Below, piece after piece: positions 1 to 9,893 of a stretch of 64,000 nucleotides of DNA. This DNA is from an uncultured Desulfobacter sp. Its GTDB lineage: Bacteria > Desulfobacterota > Desulfobacteria > Desulfobacterales > Desulfobacteraceae. A program made the position numbers and the translations under genes. Below the pieces are notes generated by a model, which saw nothing but the letters and a program-made list of their open reading frames with translations, was not told the DNA's origin and did not search any database. Position 1 is the stretch's first letter. Each line of letters starts with the position of its first letter. The stretch is from contig OY762069.1 of NCBI GenBank assembly GCA_963665095.1, forward strand, positions 6,496,001 through 6,560,000. The letters run 5' to 3'.

Positions 1-3000
1 AACGGTCAGATTTATTCTCCAGGCGGAGATTTCCAACATTTATAAAAAGGACGACCGGGTTCGTAAAAATCATAATCTGATCTATCTGCCGGATCTGGAT
101 ACGGCCAGGCAATTTAATGCCCGGCTGGATGCCATCGGCAATATCAAGTCGGATGGCCGGCCGATTCTTGGGCTGGACGCCCGGGATCTTCTGGAGATCA
201 TGCTGGACACCTCTGATGCCGGTTTTTTTGTGCCGGCCCATATCTGGACACCGTGGTTTTCCATGTTTGGCTCCAAATCAGGATTTGACACCATTGAGGA
301 ATGTTTTGAAGATTTAAGTGCCCATATATTTGCCTGTGAAACAGGGCTGTCATCAGACCCGCCCATGAACTGGCGGGTGAAAAACCTGGACCGGGTCCGG
401 CTGATATCCAATTCAGATGCCCACTCCCCCGGATTCCTGGGCCGCAACGCCTCGGTGTTTAATACGGATCTCTCCTTTGATGCGGTGAGAAACGCGTTGG
501 AAACCAATGACCCTGACGCCTATCAGGGCACTTTGGATATGCATCCCCACCAGGGAAAGTACCATTATGACGGCCACCGCAAATGCGGGGTCTGCCTTAA
601 CCCAGACGATACGGCTGCCTTGGGCGGCATCTGCCCGGAATGTGGAAAACCTTTGACCCTTGGTGTGCTTTACCGGGTACGGGAACTTGCCAACCGGCCA
701 GAAGGATACGATCCCGGTGACCGCCATCCCTATCGGTATATCGTGCCCCTGGCGGATATTCTGTCCGAGATTTTTGAGGTGGGGCCCAAGACCAAAAAGG
801 TGACAGGTTACTACGACAAGGCCATCGAAGCCCTGGGATCGGAGCTTTCCATTCTTACTCAGATGCCTGTTGACACCATTGAGACGGCAGGCGTACCGTT
901 GCTGGCACAGGCCATTGAAAAGATGCGTGCCGGCGATCTCAATATTGACCCCGGTTATGACGGGGAATATGGCAAAGTAAATATTTTTACCAGGGAAGAA
1001 AAAGCCCGGATTCAAGGGGAAAACAATCTGTTCCCAATGTCGTCGGGTCGCAAAAAAGCTAAGCAGTCCGGTCGGACGGCAATAAAGAAAAAAAAAGGCA
1101 GCCAGGTCCTGGAGAAAAAGGCTCCGGAAAAAAAGAACCTGCCGGAACCCCGTGTACCTGAACATATTCTGGACGGGCTGAATCCGGAACAGGAAGCCGC
1201 CGTGACTTCCAATTCAAAGGCCATTGTCATCCAGGCCGGACCCGGTACCGGAAAAACCAGAACGCTTACAGCCCGTATTGCCTGGCTGCTCAGCGAAAGA
1301 ACAGTGCCCCCAGATCAGATTCTGGCCCTGACTTTCACCAATAAAGCTGCCAGGGAGCTTTCAGACCGAATTGAATCCTTTATCCCTGAGGGCGGCGAAC
1401 AGGTGACGGCAGCGACTTTTCACGGGTTCTGTCTGAATATGCTCAAGGAGTATGCCGGGTTTGACCGGGGGCTGATGGAAGATGACCTCCGCCTGGAGAT
1501 GGTGGGCCTGGCAACTGAAGAGGTGCTGGGCTGCAAAAAACTGCCCGGCAAGGTGTTGAAAAAAATTGATGCCTGGATCAGCCGCTGCAAACAGCAGCTT
1601 TGGGGACCGGAAGATGAGGCCTTGAAAGAAACGCAAAATCCAGAGGGCCTGGAAGACCTGGCCGGTGATCTTAAAGACATTTACCGGGCCTATGATCGGA
1701 TACTGGAAAGAGACGGCCTGGCTGATTTTGAAGATTTGATTTTTATCTGCTATGGCATGTTTTCAGGGGATACCGCACTGCTTGCACATATACGGGGCCG
1801 GTTTAAGTATATGTTTGTGGATGAGTACCAGGACCTGAATCTGGGCCAGTATCAGCTGGTGCGTCTGCTGGCTGCAGAGAGTTATATTTTTGTTATTGGT
1901 GACCCTGATCAGTCCATCTACGCGTTTCGGGGATCAGACAGCCGTTTTTTCAGCCGGTTTGAACAGGATTTCCCTGGAAGCGAAAAGTTCAGGCTTCGCC
2001 GTAATTACCGTTCCACCCAGACCATTCTGGATGCCTCTTTCCAGGTGATCGCCACCGGCAATGAAAAAAGAAGAGAAGACAGTAAAATTTATTCCAGCCT
2101 GGATGGCACCAAAACCATTTTAATCAGTGAAACCGCCAGTGAGAGTGCCGAAGCGGTGGCTGTGGGGAAGGTGATTGAAAAGGGGGTGGGCGGCCTCTCC
2201 TTTTTCTCCATGGACAAGGGAACAGGATCGGGTATGGACGGGACGCGGGAATATTCGTTTTCGGATTTTGCAGTGCTTTACCGGACCCGCCGGCAGGCAA
2301 ACGCTTTTGCCGGCGCCTTTGAAAAAGCAGGCATCCCCTATCAGACAGCAGACCGGGATCACTGGGCGGATATGGCAGGGATCAAAGAGATACTGGGACT
2401 GATGCGTCTTTGCCTTGCCCGTGGCAGTGCGGCTGACCGTAAATCGTTTGCCGAATTTGATTCCCTTATGGCCGGTCTGAATGGGCTTGGAAACAGCGTG
2501 GACCTGCTCCATACCCTGGCTGGATGGCTGGATATGGATGCCCGGTGTAAAAAGGACGACACATTGTCCAGCGCCTGGAACCGGCTGAAGGCCCTGGCAG
2601 GGATTTATCCTGTGCCCGGGCAGTTGCTGGATGTCCTGCGGCTGGACCAGGATCCTGATTTTCTGGATAAAGCGGTGGAGAAGGTGTCTCTTTTGACCAT
2701 GCATGCAGCCAAAGGCCTTGAATTCCCGGTGGTTTTTGTCACTGGTTGCGAAAACGGGATGATTCCCTTTGCCCGGGACGGCAAAACCGTGGATGATCCT
2801 GAGGAGGAGCGCCGGCTTTTCTATGTGGCCATGACCCGCGCAAAAGATGTGCTATATTTGACATATGCGAAGAAAAGACGCATATTTGGCCAGGAACAGC
2901 AACGAGAAAAATCGTGTTTTATTGATGATATTGAAAAAGAGCTGGCCCGGTATGAAAAGAGTAAAAAAACGGCTGGAAAAAAGAAACCCAGGGATATTCA

Positions 3001-3016
3001 GCTTGAATTGTTTTAA
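1..3016 (+). CDS. Endonuclease Q-family PHP/Zn-finger domain fused to UvrD/PcrA-like SF1A helicase (5' end outside window)
   Basis: The frame is open from position 2 (TVRFILQAEISNIYKK...GRPILGLDA), upstream of the track's start at 200. EndoQ-type motifs: AHIWTPWFS, ETGLSSDP, NSDAHS, GKYHYDGHRKC, CPECG, PGYDGEYG. Helicase motifs: AGPGTGKT, LTFTNKAA, VDEYQD, GDPDQSIYAFRG, NYRS, TMHAAKGLEF, EERRLFYVAMTRA. Confidence 0.9.
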   Translation, partial: TVRFILQAEISNIYKKDDRVRKNHNLIYLPDLDTARQFNARLDAIGNIKSDGRPILGLDARDLLEIMLDTSDAGFFVPAHIWTPWFSMFGSKSGFDTIEECFEDLSAHIFACETGLSSDPPMNWRVKNLDRVRLISNSDAHSPGFLGRNASVFNTDLSFDAVRNALETNDPDAYQGTLDMHPHQGKYHYDGHRKCGVCLNPDDTAALGGICPECGKPLTLGVLYRVRELANRPEGYDPGDRHPYRYIVPLADILSEIFEVGPKTKKVTGYYDKAIEALGSELSILTQMPVDTIETAGVPLLAQAIEKMRAGDLNIDPGYDGEYGKVNIFTREEKARIQGENNLFPMSSGRKKAKQSGRTAIKKKKGSQVLEKKAPEKKNLPEPRVPEHILDGLNPEQEAAVTSNSKAIVIQAGPGTGKTRTLTARIAWLLSERTVPPDQILALTFTNKAARELSDRIESFIPEGGEQVTAATFHGFCLNMLKEYAGFDRGLMEDDLRLEMVGLATEEVLGCKKLPGKVLKKIDAWISRCKQQLWGPEDEALKETQNPEGLEDLAGDLKDIYRAYDRILERDGLADFEDLIFICYGMFSGDTALLAHIRGRFKYMFVDEYQDLNLGQYQLVRLLAAESYIFVIGDPDQSIYAFRGSDSRFFSRFEQDFPGSEKFRLRRNYRSTQTILDASFQVIATGNEKRREDSKIYSSLDGTKTILISETASESAEAVAVGKVIEKGVGGLSFFSMDKGTGSGMDGTREYSFSDFAVLYRTRRQANAFAGAFEKAGIPYQTADRDHWADMAGIKEILGLMRLCLARGSAADRKSFAEFDSLMAGLNGLGNSVDLLHTLAGWLDMDARCKKDDTLSSAWNRLKALAGIYPVPGQLLDVLRLDQDPDFLDKAVEKVSLLTMHAAKGLEFPVVFVTGCENGMIPFARDGKTVDDPEEERRLFYVAMTRAKDVLYLTYAKKRRIFGQEQQREKSCFIDDIEKELARYEKSKKTAGKKKPRDIQLELF

Positions 3017-3089
3017 AGCTGTTATTATAAGATGTGTCCCGGTGCAACATATTTAACCAACGATAATTAAATTCGAACTATTAAGATAT

Positions 3090-3494
3090 ATGGAAGAACG
3101 TACCCCTTACAGAAAACTGGATCTGGATCATGGCCACTGCCTTGAAATCTATGACGATTCCCGCAAAATCGGCGCAGATGCCTGGGTGGTGATCATGACC
3201 GCGGCAATGGAAATCCCGGTGGAGCCCTCCCTGTTTCAAACGGAAACTGTGGACGAAAATACATTTAACGATATGCTGAATACCCTTGGTTCTCCCATTG
3301 AGTATCGTTACCGGTTGGAGCGCAATATGATCTTTGATCATGAAAAAGATGCGGTTCTGGAGAATCTTGTGAATACGTTCCTGGAAAACACCGGCCGCTA
3401 TGTGGCCAACCCCAAATTTCCGGAAAAATTGGTATTAAAAGAGTACAGACAGCGCCTTGAAAAACGGAATAAGACATATCAGACCGGTAGCTGA
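3090..3494 (+). CDS. Hypothetical protein (134 aa)
   Basis: ATG-started ORF filling the gap between two genes with normal composition; no family motif recognised. Confidence 0.7.
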   Translation: MEERTPYRKLDLDHGHCLEIYDDSRKIGADAWVVIMTAAMEIPVEPSLFQTETVDENTFNDMLNTLGSPIEYRYRLERNMIFDHEKDAVLENLVNTFLENTGRYVANPKFPEKLVLKEYRQRLEKRNKTYQTGS

Positions 3495-4128
3495 ACGGGC
3501 TGACAAAAAGGCTTTTGAATGCAGGTCAACCGAATGGCTCCAGGCCGCCGGCCTTGCCCTGGGGATTGCCTGCCTCCTGTTTTTTTCAGCCATATGGCCG
3601 GGAACTTCCCGGGCGGATATTTACAGGTACATTGATGCCGACGGCGTTGTCCATTTTACCAATACCCCAACGGCAAAGGGCTATACCCTGTTTCTTAAGG
3701 TGAAAGAGGGTGCCAGCAGGAAAAGATTCAACCCCGGCCCCAATGCCTACGATAATATCATCAGCAAAGCCGCCGGCCGTTTCGGCGTGGATAAGGCCCT
3801 GATCAAGGCCGTGATCCATGCGGAATCCAGTTTTGATCCCAATGCCGTATCCCGAAAAGGGGCCCGGGGATTAATGCAGATTATGCCGGAAAATGATTCC
3901 TTTCTGAATATCTCCAACCCCTTTGATCCCTCCCAGAACATCATGGGCGGCACCCGGTATCTCAAGCAGATGCTGGACCGCTATAACAAAAAGCTGGCCC
4001 TGGCCCTGGCTGCCTACAATGCAGGGCCCACGGCCGTGGACAGATATAGAAGAATCCCACCGTTTGAAGAAACCCGGAATTATGTTCAGAAAGTGATGGA
4101 TCTCTATTCAAGGTATAAACGTATTTAG
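3457..4128 (+). CDS. Lytic transglycosylase (SLT domain) with N-terminal membrane/signal segment and DUF4124-like domain
   Basis: DIYRYIDADGVVHFTN (DUF4124-like); SLT motifs AVIHAES, GARGLMQIMP, ALAAYNAG, ETRNYV. Start codon uncertain. Confidence 0.9.
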   Translation: MKNGIRHIRPVAERADKKAFECRSTEWLQAAGLALGIACLLFFSAIWPGTSRADIYRYIDADGVVHFTNTPTAKGYTLFLKVKEGASRKRFNPGPNAYDNIISKAAGRFGVDKALIKAVIHAESSFDPNAVSRKGARGLMQIMPENDSFLNISNPFDPSQNIMGGTRYLKQMLDRYNKKLALALAAYNAGPTAVDRYRRIPPFEETRNYVQKVMDLYSRYKRI

Positions 4129-4130
4129 TC

Positions 4131-5000
4131 TTATTCCTGAATTGTTTTAATGAAGTTCAGCAGTTTATCCCGCATTTCAGGACGTTCCAGTGAAAAGGCC
4201 AGATTGGCCATCTGAAATCCCACTTTGTCGCCGCAGTCAAACCGGGTGCCATTGAATTTGTATCCGAAGACAGGCTGCTCTGTCAGCAGTCCCTTCATGG
4301 CGTCGGTGAGCTGAATCTCTCCCCCGGCCCCTGTTTTTTTCTTCCCCAGATATTCCCAGATTCTGGGCGTCAGGATGTACCGGCCCACAATGGCCAGATT
4401 AGACGGCGCCTTCTCCGGTTTGGGTTTTTCCACCATATCACTGATTTTAACAATATCTTCTTCAATGGTGTCTGCTTTCAGGATACCGTACTTATCGGTC
4501 TGGTCTTTGTCAACTTCCATGACCGCAGCAATGGAGGCCCGGAACCGTTCGAATTTCTCCACCATCTCACTTAATACCGGTCTTCCCGGGGTCTGGATCA
4601 TATCATCTGCCAGAAGGACGGCAAAGGGCTCGTCTCCCACAATATCCCTGGCACACCAGATGGCATGGCCAAGCCCTAACGGCTCGTGCTGACGTGTATA
4701 TACGATGGTGCCGGTCCTTGGAACCAGTTCCTGTATCTGTTTGAGCAGATCGTCTTTTCCCTTGGCCTTCAGGGTGGTCTCCAGTTCATAACTGCGGTCA
4801 AAATGGTCTTCAAGGGCTTTTTTTCCCCGCCCTGTAACAAAAATGATCTGTTCAATGCCGGCAGCAAAGGCTTCTTCAACAGCATATTGGATAATGGGTT
4901 TGTCAACCACCGGCAGCATCTCCTTGGCCATGGCCTTGGTCGCCGGTATAAAACGGGTGCCGAGACCGGCCACCGGAAAAACCGCTTTTTTAACTTTCAT
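4131..5000 (-). CDS. galU: UTP-glucose-1-phosphate uridylyltransferase
   Basis: KAVFPVAGLGTRFIPATKAMAKEMLP, LGLGHA, VEKP, GEIQLTDA. Start moved to ATG at 5000, which has AAGGAG upstream. Confidence 0.95.
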   Translation of the reverse strand: MKVKKAVFPVAGLGTRFIPATKAMAKEMLPVVDKPIIQYAVEEAFAAGIEQIIFVTGRGKKALEDHFDRSYELETTLKAKGKDDLLKQIQELVPRTGTIVYTRQHEPLGLGHAIWCARDIVGDEPFAVLLADDMIQTPGRPVLSEMVEKFERFRASIAAVMEVDKDQTDKYGILKADTIEEDIVKISDMVEKPKPEKAPSNLAIVGRYILTPRIWEYLGKKKTGAGGEIQLTDAMKGLLTEQPVFGYKFNGTRFDCGDKVGFQMANLAFSLERPEMRDKLLNFIKTIQE

Positions 5001-5221
5001 AATAACTCCTTCATGTGAACAAAGCGAAAAAAATGTCCTGATATATTGGGAACCTGATATCAGTCCGCAGATTTTGTTTGTCTTCGAACAATTGCCTTCA
5101 CCGCAATTAAAATTTTTGAACTGCCTTGTTTCTAAATTAGAAATGACAGGTCTGTCAAACCTAAATTTAACCTGCAGACAGGGCATTAAGGGGTGTATCG
5201 GCTATACGCCGGGCTATCCGA

Positions 5222-5250
5222 TTGACATTATTGTGCTTTTTCAGTATAGT
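5222..5250 (+). promoter_or_regulatory. Sigma-70 promoter of the YkgJ-family gene
   Basis: TTGACA-17 bp-TATAGT, 45 bp upstream of the ATG at 5296. Confidence 0.75.
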
Positions 5251-5295
5251 TCGTCTCCTTTAAACGGCTTGTTACAAAATGATGAGGAATATTGA

Positions 5296-6129
5296 ATGAG
5301 TGCTGAAAATCATACCGATAAAACCGAACTTCGGGCGGAAATACCGCCGGAGCAACTGAGCCTGAACAGCAGGTTCAAATTTAAATGCCACAAGGGTGTC
5401 TCCTGTTTTACAGACTGCTGCCGGGGCATTGACATCATGCTGACCCCCTATGACATTCTGACCATGCGCAAAAAACTGGATATGGATTCTGAAAAATTTT
5501 TAGCCATATTTACCACCCCACGGCTGCTTGAAAAAGCAGACATGCCTGTGGTCACGCTCAAACTTCTGGATGATGAGCGTCAATCCTGTCCCTTTGTGGA
5601 AGACAAAGACGGATGTGTGATCTATGAAGACCGTCCCACCACCTGCCGGTACTATCCGTTAGGCGTGGGGTCTTTGAGTTATTCCGGAGAGCAGGGTGAA
5701 AAGGATGAATTCTTTTTTATGATTAAAGAGGCCCACTGTAAGGGATTTCAGGAACCTGACGAATGGACCGTGGGCGAGTGGCGGGAAGATCAGGGCGTGG
5801 ATTTGCGCGATGAGGTCAATGAAGGCTGGCTGGATCTCATGGTCCGCAAAAAATCACTGCCCCCCAGCATGCAGCTGTCCGAACAGGCCAAGCAGATGTT
5901 TTTCATGGTCTGCTATAATATTGATAAGTTTAAACGGTTTGTTTTTGAGTCCAGTTTTCTTGAAAGATATCAGATTCCTGAAAACAGGGTACAGGAGATC
6001 CGGGAGGACGATGTGAAACTACTTCAATTCGGATTTGAGTGGCTCAAGGCCTCCTTTTTTCATTCTGGGGAAGAGATGTTTAAGGCCAAAGAAAATAAAG
6101 ATAATGGCGATATGCAGGATAAGAAATAA
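5296..6129 (+). CDS. YkgJ-family (CxxCxxCC-like) cysteine-cluster Fe-S/Zn protein
   Basis: FKC..CFTDCC, CPF, CVIYEDRPTTCRYYP, CKG. Confidence 0.85.
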   Translation: MSAENHTDKTELRAEIPPEQLSLNSRFKFKCHKGVSCFTDCCRGIDIMLTPYDILTMRKKLDMDSEKFLAIFTTPRLLEKADMPVVTLKLLDDERQSCPFVEDKDGCVIYEDRPTTCRYYPLGVGSLSYSGEQGEKDEFFFMIKEAHCKGFQEPDEWTVGEWREDQGVDLRDEVNEGWLDLMVRKKSLPPSMQLSEQAKQMFFMVCYNIDKFKRFVFESSFLERYQIPENRVQEIREDDVKLLQFGFEWLKASFFHSGEEMFKAKENKDNGDMQDKK

Positions 6130-6157
6130 ACCAATCGGTAATCGCCCTTTTAAAAAA

Positions 6158-6206
6158 TTAAACCGCGCCGCCGGGGATACTTCCGGCAGGGCGCGGTTTT
6201 TATTTT
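6158..6206. terminator. Intrinsic terminator, probably bidirectional, between the YkgJ gene and dapA
   Basis: AAACCGCGCC...GGCGCGGTTT stem with T tract downstream and A tract upstream, between convergent genes. Confidence 0.75.
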
Positions 6207-6305
6207 GGTAATCCGCCCCCATTTTTACCTGTCGGGCAGTGTTGGACTTAACTTTTTGGGAAAACTGCCCTGGCGTTTGTCCAGGGCCTGAATCTGAAAC
6301 TGTGT

Positions 6306-7343
6306 TTACTCATAGGAATACCACAACGCATCGTGAGCTGTCTCATCATTGAGGCGGGCATCAAGATCCAGATTGAAAAATGAGGCGGCCGGTGCCAGAA
6401 TTTCCGGGTTGTCTGTCTGTACTTTTTTCAGGGCGGCCAGGGCCATGTCAAAGCCTTGGCGGGTCATTTTTCCCAAGGGCGGGCGGCAGGGGCCGCCTGG
6501 CATGCCAAGGATCTGCATCATGGTTTTCAGGGGCAACGGATTTCTGGCCCGGCAGGTCACCGGCCCGTACTTGCTCTCTTCCTGCGTGGTTATGACCACA
6601 AGGTCCAGCAGTGGAGACAGGGCAGCCTCGATACCTGATGCTTCCTGGGTTTTTCCCTGATTCAGCAGCTCAACCATCCGGGTCATGGCGGCCGGTGCAA
6701 TGTTGGACATCACTGAAATGGCACCGCAGGCGCGGATCTGTGCATCTGTCATGATTTTGCAGGTCAGAGAATCGTCCCCGCAGAAAATATTGAAGTCGTC
6801 TCCGCAGAGTTTGCGGGTGAGCTTCATATTGTCGAGGTTGCCGGTGGCCTCCTTGACACAGGTAACATTGGGGCAGTTGTCTGCAAGGATGGCCAGATCC
6901 TGAGGCAGCATCTGTGCCCCGGTCCGTCCGGGAATAATGTAGGGAATGATGTCAATATCCGGATTGGCCTTTGCCACAACTTCATAATATTCCCGCCGGA
7001 TTTCAAGGGAGGAGGGGCCGTTGTAATAGGGATCCACCAGCAGCACACCGTCAACACCCTGTTTGCCTGCATGGGCCGTACCGGTCAACGCTTCATCGGT
7101 ATTGTTTGAGCCTGTTCCTGCGATGCATTTGCACTTGCCCTGGATCTGTTTGGCGGCCAGATCTATTACCAGATTGTGTTCTTCCCATTTAAATGTCGGG
7201 CTTTCACCTGTGGTACCTGTGACCAGAATTCCGGTGATTCCGCTTTCGATCTGAAAATCGATAATCCCGGCCAGCCCGTCCCGGTCCAGTTCTCCTGCGG
7301 GAGTGAACGGGGTGATCAGTGCGGTGTAGCATCCTTGTTTCAT
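6306..7343 (-). CDS. dapA: 4-hydroxy-tetrahydrodipicolinate synthase
   Basis: TALITPF, GTTGES, GTGSN, PYYN, Y..PGRTG, KEATG. Confidence 0.9.
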   Translation of the reverse strand: MKQGCYTALITPFTPAGELDRDGLAGIIDFQIESGITGILVTGTTGESPTFKWEEHNLVIDLAAKQIQGKCKCIAGTGSNNTDEALTGTAHAGKQGVDGVLLVDPYYNGPSSLEIRREYYEVVAKANPDIDIIPYIIPGRTGAQMLPQDLAILADNCPNVTCVKEATGNLDNMKLTRKLCGDDFNIFCGDDSLTCKIMTDAQIRACGAISVMSNIAPAAMTRMVELLNQGKTQEASGIEAALSPLLDLVVITTQEESKYGPVTCRARNPLPLKTMMQILGMPGGPCRPPLGKMTRQGFDMALAALKKVQTDNPEILAPAASFFNLDLDARLNDETAHDALWYSYE

Positions 7344-7488
7344 AGTTTACAAACTCCTGAATGTTGATTATATCTCAATAATTTGACATTTTTGGTGTAC
7401 GGATAAAAGGCCTTTCTTGTAACCCTGCATATCCGGTCCTTTTCAATGGGACATTTTAATGGCACAGCGGCATGCGCCACGAAAGGTC

Positions 7489-7516
7489 TTGACACCCGAA
7501 TGAAAAAATTTATTAT
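7489..7516 (+). promoter_or_regulatory. Sigma-70 promoter of the TPR gene
   Basis: TTGACA-16 bp-TATTAT. Confidence 0.55.
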
Positions 7517-7573
7517 ATAAAAATTTTATTTAAAGACAACGATAAAGTCATAAAAGTACCAAAAGGAGTGAAT

Positions 7574-8251
7574 ATGTCCCAGCCCCAAACCAGGAAAACC
7601 CTGCCACAAAATGTCGACGAGCAGATTGCCAGGCTCAGAGAAGCACTGATTCATAATGCGGAGTGCGGTACCACCCACTATAATCTGGCAGTTGCACTGA
7701 TCGGCAAGCAGGAGTTTGCTGAAGCGGAAAAAGAGCTTCATGATGCCATTGACTGCAGTCCAACCCTGGCTGAAGCCTATGTGCAGCTTGGGGGGTTGTG
7801 CCTTCAGCGTGGGGATCTTGAGGGGTGCTACCGGTTTAATCAGCGGGCCACTAAAGCCCGGGCCGGGTTTGCCGAAGGGTACGCCAATATGGCTTTTGTC
7901 CTGCTTCAGCTGGTGGACGGCAAAAGCGCCAAAGAAGATGAGGAAAAGGTGGACAAGGCCATTAAAAATCTGAAAAAAGCCATTATCCATAATAAAAATT
8001 TCATTCAGGCCTATACCACCCTGGGCACCGCCTATTTCATGAAAGGCCTGGTGGAGGAGGGGATCAAGGCCAACCTGCAGGCCTTGTCCGTGGAACCAAA
8101 ATTTCCCATTGCCCATAACAACCTGGCTGTGGCCTATCTTGAACTCAAAGATCATAAACGCGCCATTGAACACTGTGATATCGCAGTGGATCTCGGTTTT
8201 GAAGTAAATCCTGGGTTATTGGATGAACTGGCTGCTTTTCGGCAGGATTAA
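7574..8251 (+). CDS. Tetratricopeptide-repeat protein
   Basis: Repeated HYNLAVAL / AYVQLG / AYTTLG / AHNNLAVAY TPR patterns; AAGGAG upstream of ATG 7574. Confidence 0.85.
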   Translation: MSQPQTRKTLPQNVDEQIARLREALIHNAECGTTHYNLAVALIGKQEFAEAEKELHDAIDCSPTLAEAYVQLGGLCLQRGDLEGCYRFNQRATKARAGFAEGYANMAFVLLQLVDGKSAKEDEEKVDKAIKNLKKAIIHNKNFIQAYTTLGTAYFMKGLVEEGIKANLQALSVEPKFPIAHNNLAVAYLELKDHKRAIEHCDIAVDLGFEVNPGLLDELAAFRQD

Positions 8252-8377
8252 GGGATTTTTTCAAACACAGGTTTCCGTTTAGTTACTAATACTCACAAAA
8301 AATCAACCTGAAACAATAAAGGAAATCGGGGCTAAAAAACGTCTCAGGGTAAATCCGGATGGATTTCAGGATTTTTA

Positions 8378-8406
8378 TTGACACGGGAACGTATAAATTT
8401 TATATC
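8378..8406 (+). promoter_or_regulatory. Candidate sigma-70 promoter of dsrABDN
   Basis: TTGACA-17 bp-TATATC (imperfect -10), about 150 bp upstream of dsrA. Confidence 0.45.
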
Positions 8407-8552
8407 AGCTAATGTTATTTTGCTTAATGTGTCCTAAGAAAGCGTTAATTTTTCACTAACGTTTTGAAATGATAGAGAAAGAATATTGATGGAAAGTTTG
8501 GAAAAATCTTTTCATTGTTGTATGTAAATCAACTTTTAACGGAGGTAAGTAA

Positions 8553-9878
8553 ATGGCTAAGCATGAAACTCCTTTACTGGACGAGCTGGAATCCGGCCCG
8601 TGGCCTAGCTTTGTTTCTGACCTGAAACAGCAGGCAGAAGTCAGAGCCAAAAACGAAAAAGGCGTTGAATTCCAGATTCCCCAGGATTGTGTAGACGATC
8701 TTCTTGGTGTGTTGGAACTCTCTTACAAACATGGACGTACCCACTGGAAACACGGCGGCATTGTTGGTGTATTCGGCTACGGCGGCGGCGTTATCGGTCG
8801 TTACTGCGACCAGCCCAAACTGTTCCCCGGTGTTGAACATTTTCACACCATGCGTGTAAACCAGCCCTGCGGTAAATACTACAGTACTGAATACCTCAGA
8901 CAGTTGACTGATCTGTGGGACTTCAGGGGCTCCGGAGTTACCAATATGCACGGCGCCACCGGCGATATCATCCTTCTGGGTACCACTACTCCCCAGCTGG
9001 AAGAAGTGTTCTGGACACTGACCCATGACTTCAACCAGGATCTCGGCGGCTCCGGCTCCAACCTGAGAACCCCTGCTGACTGCCTTGGCCAGTCCAGATG
9101 TGAATACTCCTGCTACGACACCAGCGCTCTGTGCCATTTCCTGACCAACGAATATCAGGATGAGCTGCATCGTCCGGCATTCCCCTACAAGTTTAAATTC
9201 AAATTTGACGGCTGCCCCAACTGCTGTGTTGCTTCCATCGCACGTTCCGATATGTCCTTCATCGGCACCTGGAAAGACGACATCCGCATTGATCAGGACG
9301 CTGTTAACAAATATGTTGAAAATGATCCCGCATATCCGGCCAACGCCGGTGCCCACAAGGGTAAAGACTGGGGCCCCTTTGACATTGAAAAAGAAGTTCT
9401 GGGACTGTGCCCCACAAAATGCATGAAGTTTGAAAACAAAACGTTGACCATTGATAATGCCAACTGCACCCGCTGCATGCACTGTATCAACGTAATGCCC
9501 CGCGCATTGAAGATTGGTAAAGAAACCGGTCTGTCCATTCTCTGCGGTGCCAAGGCGCCTATCCTTGACGGTGCCCAGATGGGTTCTCTGCTGGTTCCCT
9601 TCATCGAAGTTAATGCCGACAACGATTACGAAGAAATTACCGAAATCATTGAAAACGTTTGGGACTGGTGGATGGAAGAAGGCAAAAACCGCGAACGTCT
9701 TGGTGAGCTGATTATGCGCCAGGGATTCCAGAAACTTCTGGAAGTAACCGGCATTGAAGCAATGCCCCAGCATGTTGCCTACCCGAGAACCAATCCCTAC
9801 ATCTTCTGGAAAGAAGACGAAGTACCGGGTGGCTGGGAACGTGACGTTGAAGATTACAGAAAACATCACTTAAGATAA
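8553..9878 (+). CDS. dsrA: Dissimilatory sulfite reductase alpha subunit
   Basis: GPWPSFV, THWKHGGIVGVFGYGGGVIGRY, siroheme/Fe-S cysteines CLGQSRC and GCPNCC, ferredoxin motif CTRCMHC. Confidence 0.99.
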   Translation: MAKHETPLLDELESGPWPSFVSDLKQQAEVRAKNEKGVEFQIPQDCVDDLLGVLELSYKHGRTHWKHGGIVGVFGYGGGVIGRYCDQPKLFPGVEHFHTMRVNQPCGKYYSTEYLRQLTDLWDFRGSGVTNMHGATGDIILLGTTTPQLEEVFWTLTHDFNQDLGGSGSNLRTPADCLGQSRCEYSCYDTSALCHFLTNEYQDELHRPAFPYKFKFKFDGCPNCCVASIARSDMSFIGTWKDDIRIDQDAVNKYVENDPAYPANAGAHKGKDWGPFDIEKEVLGLCPTKCMKFENKTLTIDNANCTRCMHCINVMPRALKIGKETGLSILCGAKAPILDGAQMGSLLVPFIEVNADNDYEEITEIIENVWDWWMEEGKNRERLGELIMRQGFQKLLEVTGIEAMPQHVAYPRTNPYIFWKEDEVPGGWERDVEDYRKHHLR

Positions 9879-9893
9879 AAAGGGAGATATATA

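Noticed and set aside
5001..5186. N-terminal extensions given by the ORF track for galU (likewise dhaL, murC, ftsW, ftsI, ftsA and the ATP-grasp gene)
   Set aside because: Family-typical N-termini start downstream, mostly with an RBS, and several extensions overlap neighbouring genes.
7460..7475. TGGCAC...TGC sigma-54-like site upstream of the TPR gene
   Set aside because: GG-to-GC spacing is one base too long, and sigma-54 spacing is strict.
8281..8460. Possible Rex boxes upstream of dsrA (…CTCACAA; GTTAA-TTT-TTCAC)
   Set aside because: Only half-sites or wrong spacing relative to TTGTGAA-N4-TTCACAA.
8574..9869. 431-aa ORF antisense to dsrA, and similar long antisense ORFs over dhaK, ftsZ, murC and murEF
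   Set aside because: Shadow ORFs produced by codon bias in well-supported genes; no recognisable motifs.
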